Part shown: one piece after another, positions 30,286 to 40,633 of the stretch
How positions within the stretch are numbered: the first letter of the stretch is position 1
Layout of the letters: each line of letters starts with the position of its first letter
Assembly: GCA_963728405.1 (NCBI GenBank)
Contig: CAVSJV010000001.1
Span: 1-40,633 of the forward strand
DNA length: 40,633 nucleotides
Direction: 5' to 3'
Source of the DNA: Methanomassiliicoccaceae archaeon
GTDB taxonomy: Archaea > Thermoplasmatota > Thermoplasmata > Methanomassiliicoccales > Methanomassiliicoccaceae
Program-made: the position numbers and the translations under genes
The notes under the pieces: model-generated
What the model saw: only the letters and a program-made list of their open reading frames with translations
Database searches by the model: none
What the model was told of the DNA's origin: nothing

Positions 30286-30535
30286 TTGGTCGAACAACCC
30301 AAGTACCGGACCATTCGGATCAAAGAAGAGGATTACCAGAAGCTCAAGGAGGTCCAAAACGTACCTACGAAAGAAAGGGACCGAGAACATTGATTGGGTG
30401 GAGCTGAAGAAACAGAACATCGTCGAGGTACCGGGTGAAGAGGAGGAGGGCGACAGCAACCTGAACTGGAGCTTCATTCTCGGCCTGGGAGCGGCAGCCC
30501 TAGCATACTTGCTATGGAAGAACGCCAAGAAGTGA
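30286..30535 (+). CDS. Small RHH/VapB-antitoxin-like DNA-binding protein with hydrophobic C-terminal tail (about 82 aa after removing one A at 30356-30359)
   Basis: GAGGTG RBS, TTG 30286: MVEQPKYRTIRIKEEDYQKLKEVQ, joined by a one-base indel to TYLRKKG...WSFILGLGAAALAYLLWKNAKK. Confidence 0.65.
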
Positions 30536-30538
30536 GCC

Positions 30539-30958
30539 TCAGGTCGGACGGTCCATGACCTCGAACTCATTGCCGTCGTCGTCGGTGAAACGGGCGATCA
30601 GCCGTCCCTTGCTGTCCCGCTGCGGCTTGAGCGTGAAGTCGATGCCCTCGTCCACCAGGACCTTGTGGAAGTCGTAGATCGAATCGGTGACGAACACTAT
30701 GCCGGTCCTGATGCCCGGCTGCTCCTCGTCGCTCGGCTTGGCCAGAAAGAGGACGAGCTGAGCGCCCTCCTCGGCGGCCCCTATCTCCACGTAGCCCTTG
30801 TCCTCGTGGTTCGCCACCAGCGTGAGGCCGAGGACCTCGGTGTACAGTTCGATCGCCTGGGGCATGTCGCTCACCGGCACCCACACCTGGCCGATCTTCA
30901 GAAGGTTCCCGCGCTGTTGTTCCGGGGCCTGGCCGCCCATGGGGTCGCCGAGGGGCAT
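30539..30958 (-). CDS. VOC/glyoxalase-family protein
   Basis: VPVSDMPQAIELYTEVLGL and ARFTDDDGNEFEV motifs. Confidence 0.85.
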   Translation of the reverse strand: MPLGDPMGGQAPEQQRGNLLKIGQVWVPVSDMPQAIELYTEVLGLTLVANHEDKGYVEIGAAEEGAQLVLFLAKPSDEEQPGIRTGIVFVTDSIYDFHKVLVDEGIDFTLKPQRDSKGRLIARFTDDDGNEFEVMDRPT

Positions 30959-30995
30959 GACAGGTAAAGTGGCAATTGGGATTAATTATCCTTGC

Positions 30996-32151
30996 TCAGC
31001 GCCCAGCCATGTCCAGGTATACCTTCTTGGTCTCCGCGGCGGTCTTGTCCCAGGAAAATTGCTTTGCCCGTTCCAGACCCTTGTTGACCATCTCAAGACG
31101 AAGATCCTCATCGAAGACCACCTTGGCCAAGGTCCTTTCGATCGACCCGATATCCTTAGGATCGAAGTAGGCGGCAGCGTCTCCTCCAAGCTCGGGCAAT
31201 GATGAGGTGTTGCTGAGCACTGCCGGACATGCACATGTGAAAGCTTCCAGGACCGGTAGCCCAAATCCTTCATAGAGCGAGGGGAACACAAAGGCCTTGG
31301 CATGCATATAGGTCTGGCAGAGAGATCGATCCGTGAGTTGCATTTGATGGGCCCTATCGTCGATCCGCAATTGTTCTATGCGCTTTTTCTCCTCCTTAGT
31401 TGAAGGGGCCTCCACCAACGCAGACCAGATGCAGGTCCCTGCTCTCAGCCATCATTAGAGACATGGCCTCGGCGAATATGTCAAAATTTTTGTAGGTGCC
31501 GCGGCCTCCGACGAAAAGCACATAATCAGATGGCAGCCCAGCTCGGCAGATCCTGGATCTGGCTTTGCCCAGGGTCCAGGGAGATCCCCTGGTGGATGGT
31601 TTTAACCCTCTTGGGATCGACGCTCAGTATCTTTATCAGGTCCTTTCTGGTGCTATCAGATACGGTCACTATCCTATCTGCCGACTCGACCAAAGCTCTC
31701 TTCCAAGTTGGTATCTTGGTATGCCCTGGGAAATACTGTGGATAAACCTCATGTATCATGTCGTGAACTTCCAGATAGAAAGGTCGCTCACCAATGGCCT
31801 CCAGAAAGTAAGGGTCGTAGTAGGTGGGGTGGAAAACATCAAAATTCCCCTTTTTTACCGCCCTTAGGGATCTCCTCTGATTGGACCAATACATGAGGTC
31901 CAATCCCATCCTTTCCTTGATCAGATGGAATGCCCTTCTCTTGAGGGGGGTCGCCCACCGGACCTGTTTTGGTAGGTTTGGGTCGCCCGCAGGTCCGATG
32001 TCAACACCTCACCGACCGCTAACCGCACGTCCATGTCCGGCTGCTTCTCGTAGCGGTCTACGAGCTCAACATAATAACGCGATACTCCTCCGAGTACTTG
32101 CATGGAGAAGATTTGGTGATCGTAAAGAATCCTCAACCGACCCATGGGCAT
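30996..32151 (-). CDS. Glycosyltransferase family 4 (several frameshifts)
   Basis: RILYDHQIFSMQVLGGVSRY, VFHPTYY, VHDMIHE, VSDSTRKD, FVFPSLYEGFGLPVLEAF, FSWDKTA. Confidence 0.9.
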
Positions 32152-32539
32152 TTCAGCTTTAATTCTTCATCCGATATATAACATCTATCTTAAGACCCAG
32201 ACTGATTAAATTATATAAGGAAAAAGCAATGGACTTGTAATTGGAATAGTGGCATGACCGAGACGTTTTTCAACATCGACCAGACAATGATGGCTCATTC
32301 CGGCATTCCATATTTCCCAAGCTGTCACCTGGCCCAAAGGGCAGCCGGGCATATTAGTGATCCTCGGGTCCTGAGCTTTGATCGTGAACTGGGACCGTGC
32401 CCGCCCCCTTCAGATCGATGGGGGTCTGAAAAATGAGAACGGCATTCATGATGATGGGGTCTCGATCGCGAGGGATCGACATGCTTTTCCAGAGTATAGA
32501 ATCGGAACGAACCTGACATCCATAGAAAAGAGGCCTGAG

Positions 32540-33498
32540 ATGGCAACACCGCCGGTCCTTCTGATAGTGTTCAACAGGCCGGAGACCACCCTGAGGGTGT
32601 TCCAGGCCATCAGGGAGGCCAGACCCGCTAAGCTGTTCGTGGCCGCCGATGGCCCCCGAGAGAGCAGACCCGAGGAGAAAGAGCGGTGCTCGGAGGCGCG
32701 CAAAATCGCTACCGCAGTGGACTGGCCCTGCGATGTGCACACCCTGTTCAGGGAGAATAACCTAGGTTGCAAGAGGGCGGTGAGCTCAGCTATAGACTGG
32801 TTCTTCGAGCACAATGAAGAAGGGGTCATACTGGAGGACGACTGCTTACCTCACCCCTCCTTTTTCCCATTCTGCGAGATAATGTTGGAACGGTACCGCG
32901 GGGTGGACCGAGTGCGCATGGTCACCGGAACGAACAACACACTGGGTCGATTCAGAAGGCCGCGATCCTACGTCCTCTCGAAATACTTCTCCATCTGGGG
33001 ATGGGCGACCTGGCGGAGAGCTTGGAGGGACAACGATATTACGATACAGGGATGGCCGGAATTCCGCCGTTCCGGGAAGCTGGACGTCCTGATCGGAAAC
33101 AAACACATGGCCCGCTTCCTGACCAAGATGTTCGACCTTTGCTACGAGGGCAAATTGGACACCTGGGACTATCAATGGGAACTGTCCTCATACTTCCATG
33201 ATGGCCTGTGTGTCACTCCAAGGGAGATAAATCCGTGATCTCCAATATCGGCCCGACCGGGGCGCACATGAGCGGTGCCCCCAACCCGTTCATCAACATG
33301 CCTATGGGGGCCATCGACCTGGCGGGACTGAAACCGCTCAAAGAGGTAGAAGCGAACCGTAAGTTCGATGAGCTTGTGTTCAGCGGAGTGTTGAAACAGG
33401 CGACATACCATCCTGCACTGGTCCCGGTGCTTCGAAGAATCCGCCATATCTTGAACCATGTCAATCCTCAGAAGTGGGAACCTCGCAATTACGAGTGA
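32540..33498 (+). CDS. Nucleotide-diphospho-sugar transferase, GT-A fold (frameshift near 33228)
   Basis: PVLLIVFNRPE, ADGPR, NLGC, ILEDDC, WGWATWRRAW, WDYQW, ISNIG. Confidence 0.87.
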
Positions 33499-33567
33499 AA
33501 TCCAGTTACCATTTATACACGAATGGGCATCTAGTAATCTGCAATCCATATTGATCATCTAAGGTGT

Positions 33568-34405
33568 ATGATGGCTAGCAGTAAAGTGAAGGTCCTCCGT
33601 CCGCAAGGCTCCCGCTGGGAGCTTGGTTTAAAGGACATATGGGAATACCGGGAACTGCTATACTTCCTCACACTTAAACAGATCAAGACGAAGTACAAGC
33701 AAACGGTCATCGGGCTCGGCTGGGCCATCCTTCAGCCCCTCGTTACTGCACTGATCTTCGCCATCCTCTTGTATAGCGGGGGAAACCCGGCCTTCAAACC
33801 GCCCGAGGGCATCGATCCCTTCTCCTTCCTGTTCGCCGGCCTGATGCTGTGGACGTTCTTCTCCACATCCCTGAACGGGGCATCAATGAGCCTGGTGAGC
33901 AACTCAGCGATGATCACCAAGATCTACTTCCCCCGTATCCTGCTACCGCTCAGTCTGGCCATCGCCGGACTGCTGGACTACGCCATAGCATGGGTAATAT
34001 TCATCGTCATCGTTGTCCTAACCGGGACCTTCCTTTCCACCTGGATGATCTTCATCCTGGTGCCCATTGATCCTGGCATTCCTGCTAGCCTCCGGCCTGT
34101 CGTTCTGGTTGTCAGCCATGTCCGCCAAGTACCGGGACGTGCAGTACATCGTGCCGTTCTTCATCTCCATCCTGTTGTTCGTCTCGCCCATCCTGTACCC
34201 GCCAACGGTCATCTCAAACCAGAAGTGGCTTCTGTACATGAACCCGCTTTCCGGCATCATGCAGGCCCAGAGGTTTTTCATCTTCGGCACCCCCTCGATG
34301 GACTGGGTCATGCTGGGGTCAGCGACAGCGATAACCTTGTTCGTATTCTTCGTCGGCCTCCTGTACTTCAAGGCCTATGAACGACGCCTAGCGGATGTGA
34401 TCTGA
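33568..34405 (+). CDS. wzm: ABC-2 polysaccharide exporter permease (frameshift near 34065)
   Basis: YRELLYFL, KYKQTVIGLGWAILQP, ITKIYFPR, YRDV, SPILYP, NPL. Confidence 0.9.
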
Positions 34406-35653
34406 TGGAGCCGATGATCGAGATAAAGGGCGTATCGAAACAGTACCTCATCAGCACCAGCAAGGGCTACTATCGCGGCATAAATAATCGCTTGGGCGAG
34501 AACCTGTCCGAAGCGATCCGCCACCCCCTGCGCACCATCAGGGGAGTCCGGCAAGCCAAAGAAGCGTTCTGGGCGCTTAGAGGACGTGAGCTACAGGTCT
34601 GAGAGAGGGGAGAGCGTGGGCATCATCGGCCGTAACGGCGCTGGAAAGAGTACCCTGCTCAAGATCCTCTCCCAGATAACTTATCCCACCGAGGGCGAGG
34701 TCGTGCTGCGCGGCACTGTGGGCAGCTTGCTGGAGGTGGGCACGGGCTTCCATCCCGAGCTCACTGGACGGGAGAACGTCTACCTCAACGGTGCAATTCT
34801 GGGCATGGGCAAGAAGGAGATCGATTCCAAGTTCGACAATATCGTGAAGTTCGCAGAGGTGGAGAAGTTCCTGGATACCCCGATCAAGCGTTTCTCCTCG
34901 GGCATGTATCTGCGGCTCGCTTTTGCCGTGGCCGCGCACCTGGAACCAGATATCCTGATCGCCGACGAGGTCCTGGCGGTGGGCGATCAACAGTTCCAGG
35001 CCAAGTGCCTCGGGAAGATGAAGGAGGTCTCCCGTGAAGGCCGTACCGTGATCTTCGTATCGCACAACATGCACGCAGTGAAGACATTGTGCCAGAACGC
35101 CATTCTGCTGAGGGGCGGCAGGGTGGTCAAGAGCGGACCGGCCGACGAGGTCATCAGCGAATATGCCCGTTCACTGGAGGTGCAGGAGGGCCTGTTCCCG
35201 GTCCACGCAAGAGGGATCATCGTAGAAGCGCTGGAGGTTCGCCAGAAGGGGGTAGATACCATGCTCATCGACGGCACCTATCCATTCGACGTCATCGTTC
35301 GGTTCAACTTGCCGGAACGGACGGAGAAGCTTCGCATGGGGGTGTTCGTGAACAACTCCATGGGCGACGAGCTGGCCAGGACCTTTTTCTCGGATTGGAA
35401 CTTGGGCTACGAGGACCTGGGTCCGGGGACGTACACGGCCAAACTGGAGTTCCCCGGTAAGCTCCTGGTCCCCGGCAATTATACTATCACCATGGGCGCC
35501 AACAAGCAGGGGAGCTTTGACATGCTGGTCGGCCACCGTATCGAACGGGGGATCAATGTCTCCGCGCCGATCGATTTCAATTCGGGCGGCATCATCGATC
35601 CCCTGCAGGCGCAGATACTCATCGACCGTAAGTGGGAGATAAGCAGGCGTTGA
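34405..35653 (+). CDS. wzt: ABC polysaccharide exporter ATPase with C-terminal Wzt_C-like domain (frameshift near 34585)
   Basis: FWAL, GRNGAGKST, GFHPELTGREN, FSSGMYLRLAF, DEVLAVGD, VSHN, plus a beta-rich C-terminal extension. Confidence 0.93.
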
Positions 35654-35718
35654 TGCTCCCGTCATCCCATTAGCTAACGTTATTGTACCAGTAGCTCTAA
35701 AAAAGGCACCCTGGTGAT

Positions 35719-36640
35719 GTGAATACGATTAGCTTATTGCCTTACCGTCCACACCCGGCCCGCTCAGGTCCGCCGTTTGGTGGACCGCATCTATCACCCC
35801 GACGACGCCTATTATGTCGACGTCTTCAACAATAACCTCGTTCCCCAGTGGAGGGAAGCGTTGAACCTGCCGACCTCCAACTTCACCACCGTGTTCAAGT
35901 ACGCCGACGGGTGGGGCTCCTTCAAGCTGGTGCAGGCCACCCTGGACGCCATGCGCCACTTCCGCGAGACCGACTATGATTATTTCATCAACCTCAGCGG
36001 CCAGTGCTACCCGTTGCGGCCGGTGGAGGAGATCAAGCAGCGGCTGGTGGCCGCCCGGGGCAAGGCGCTGATGGAGCACGAGCCGTTCCCCCGGCCCCGC
36101 TGGTCGGACGAGCGGGGCGGGTTCCGGCGGGTGGACCACTTCTGGTTCAAGCCGTTCCGCACGTTGAACATGTGGTCGCTGCCTCGACTGGGGCGGGTCC
36201 CCTTGGGCATGCAGCCCTACGGCGGCTCGCAGTGGTTCTGCCTGCCGAAGAAACACGTCGAGCGGATCCTCGACATACTGGATGAGCATCCTGAGGTCGT
36301 CCGGTTCTACCAGCATTCCTTCATACCCGACGAGATGTTCTTCCAGACCATCCTGATGAACTCGGAACTTCGCGACGAGGTCATCAACGACAATAAACGG
36401 TTCACCGACTGGAGCAAGAAGTGCGTTCCCACACCGGCGATCCTGCTGAGCGAGGACCTGACCCGCCTGGAGCGTTCCGGCATGTTCTTCGCCCGCAAGT
36501 TCGACCCGGACATCGATCCGCGCATCCTGGACCTCCTGGACCTCAAGCTGCTGGGACGGCCGGAGATGGGCGGGGAGAAGGGCGATGACCCCGGAGACGG
36601 CGGCGGGGGCAGGGGGGTCCTCATCCGGACGGTGGCCTGA
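35719..36640 (+). CDS. Glycosyltransferase family 14 (core-2/I-branching-enzyme-like)
   Basis: LAYCLTVH N-terminus, WGSFKLVQATL, INLSGQCYPL, GGSQWF, PDEMFFQT, FFARKFD. Start approximate (probable indel near 35722). Confidence 0.87.
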
Positions 36641-37711
36641 TGCCCCGCGTCAGCGTGGTCATGCCCTGCTACTCCTCGGAACGATACCTGGCCGAGGCCA
36701 TCGATTCGGTGCTGTCGCAGAGCCTGGACGACCTGGAGCTTATCGTGGTCCTCGACGCCGGTTCCAAGGACGGTACGGAAGCGGTCCTCGACGGCTATTC
36801 GGACGAGCGGATGAGGGTGGTGCGGAACGACCCCCCGCTCGGCCTGGTCCGCTCCCTGAACCGCGGCTTCGCCCTGGCCCGGGGCGAGTACGTTGCCCGC
36901 ATGGACGCCGACGACATCGCTCTCCCGGAACGGTTGGAGAGACAGGCCGCGTTCCTTGGCGCCGAACCGTCCGTAGGGATAGTGGGCTCGGCGGTGCAGG
37001 TCATCGACGCGGACGGCCGGAACCTGGGCGTTCGACACTATCCCACGAGCCCCGGCCTCACGCTGTGGAGGATGCACTTCGATTGCGCGATGTGCCATCC
37101 CGCCACCATGTTCCGGAAGAAGGTGTTCGATGACACCGGCGGCTACTCACCCCGAGCGCGTAACGGCGAGGATTACGACCTGTGGTTGCGGGCGATGCGA
37201 TACCACAACATCACCAACATGCCTGAGGTGCTACTGCGCTACCGTCTGCACGGGGACAGCATCTCCTCCCGGAAGCGCGACGAGCAGAGGAAGCTCATGG
37301 TGGACAAGGCCGGCCGGGCCATCGACCTCACCCTGGGCCGTCCGGTGGACCGGGAGTTCGTGAGATCGCTCATCTTTCCCGTACACCATCGACAGCAGGA
37401 GGGACGCCATCGGGGCGGCCTGGCTCCTGGCCGGCCTGAAAAGATCCTACATGGAATGGTACAAGGCCCGCACCTGGGAGGACACTGTGCAGGTCAAGCG
37501 GGAGGTAGCGCTCAAGATGTCCCACATCCTGGCCCGTTCGATGAGAGCGTCTCCGTCCGGAACGCCGATGATCGCGTGGCACGCCTCCCGCTGCGGTCCC
37601 GGGGTGGTGCTGAGGTTCGGCGACCAGCTGGTCCAACGGAGCAAGGACGCCCTGTCCAGCGGCCGGTCCAGAGTTGGCATGGGGCCGGGCGGTAACGAGA
37701 CAATGGCCTGA
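36640..37711 (+). CDS. Glycosyltransferase family 2 (frameshift near 37380)
   Basis: VSVVMPCY, DAGSKDGT, SLNRG, ARMDADD, HPA, EDYDLWLR, YRLH. Confidence 0.9.
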
Positions 37712-37754
37712 TAATGGTTATATGCCCCCATCCTAATGACCAGTTGGTGTTATC

Positions 37755-38803
37755 CTGCCTAAGAAAGCGCTCATCACCGGCATAACCGGCCAGGACGGTT
37801 CGTATCTGGCAGAGTTCCTGTTATCCAAGGGCTACGAGGTCCACGGCATCATCAGAAGAGCGAGCACCTTCAATACCTCGCGCATCGATCATATCTATTC
37901 CGACCCGCACGAAAAGAAAGTAAGGCTCAAGCTCCACTATGGCGACCTTTCCGACGCGGAAACGATCAACAACATCATCTTCAACTGTCCGGCCGGACGA
38001 GGTCTACAATCTCGGGGCGCAGAGCCATGTCCGCGTCTCCTTCGATGTGCCGGAGTACACCACCAATGTGGTCGCTACCGGCGTCACTCGGGTGCTGGAG
38101 TCGATCCGCCGCTCCGGCAACCACGTGAAGTTCTACCAGGCGTCCTCGTCGGAGATGTTCGGTTCCGCCGCTCCTCCGCAGTCCGAGGTCACGCCGTTCG
38201 CCCCCCGCTCCCCGTACGCGTGCGCGAAGCTGTACGCCTACTGGCTCACCCGTAACTACCGCGAGGGGTACGGCCTGTTCGCCTGCAACGGCATCCTGTT
38301 CAACCACGAATCGCCCCGCCGGGGAGAGACCTTCGTCACTCGCAAGATCACCCGGGCCATCGCGGCCATTACCGCCAAGAAGCAGGACTCCCTGTACCTC
38401 GGCAACCTGAAGGCGCGCCGGGACTGGGGCTTCGCTCCCGAGTATGCGGAGGCGATGCACCTGATGCTGCAGCAGGAGCAGCCGGACGACTTCGTCATCG
38501 GTACCGGGGAGACCCACTCGGTCGAGGAGTTCGTGGCGGAGGCGTTCGATTATGTGGGGCTGGATCAGGAGAAGTACGTCAAGATCGACCCCAAGTACTT
38601 CCGGCCCACCGAGGTCGAGGTGCTCATCGCCGACCCGTCGAAAGGCAAGGAGAGCAGCTGAAGTTCGAGCCGCGCATCAAGTTCAAGGAGCTGACCCGGA
38701 TCATGGTCGACGCGGACATGCGCGCGGCCGGGCTGGAGGCCATCGGGGAAGGGGACGCGATCCTCAAGCGAAAGTTCCCCCAGCGCTGGTGGGCGGTGGA
38801 CTG

Positions 38804-38804
<1 letters not shown>
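37755..38804 (+). CDS. gmd: GDP-mannose 4,6-dehydratase (frameshifts near 37985 and 38655)
   Basis: [78 protein letters not shown]. Confidence 0.95.

Positions 38805-40633
<1,829 letters not shown>

Noticed and set aside
32254-32539. 60-aa ORF at 32254 and the N-terminal extension of ORF 32378
   Set aside because: No motif or clear RBS; family similarity begins only at ATG 32540.

Overview
GC-rich archaeal chromosomal DNA, most consistent with a Methanomassiliicoccales (Methanomassiliicoccus-like) methanogen; the taxonomy is inferred from gene content and order. Left to right: the end of a trp operon (trpD-C-F-B-A); an ECF-type Ni/Co importer (M-N-Q-O) with two NikR-like boxes; a minus-strand tetrapyrrole operon (sirC-hemA-hemB-hemL-hemC-SUMT-hemD) divergent from a complete coenzyme F430 operon (cfbA-E-D-C-B); a sequon-rich membrane-anchored surface protein; a stand-alone ferredoxin-less HdrA-like flavoprotein with a ~160-nt structured element upstream; an MFS transporter and several membrane proteins; an SmsC/SmsB (SufCB-like) Fe-S scaffold pair bracketed by two inverted, internally deleted IS200/IS605 (tnpB) elements, one retaining an apparently complete omega-RNA end; an AbiEi/AbiEii-type toxin-antitoxin pair; a small ribbon-helix-helix-like protein with a hydrophobic C-terminal tail behind three 10-bp-phased TGCATG repeats; and a glycan cluster (GT4, GT2s, GT14, wzm/wzt, gmd/fcl). 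Many genes, including essential ones, are split by single-base indels. I read these as sequencing or assembly errors and give gene coordinates across the breaks. No rRNA, tRNA or CRISPR array was seen.
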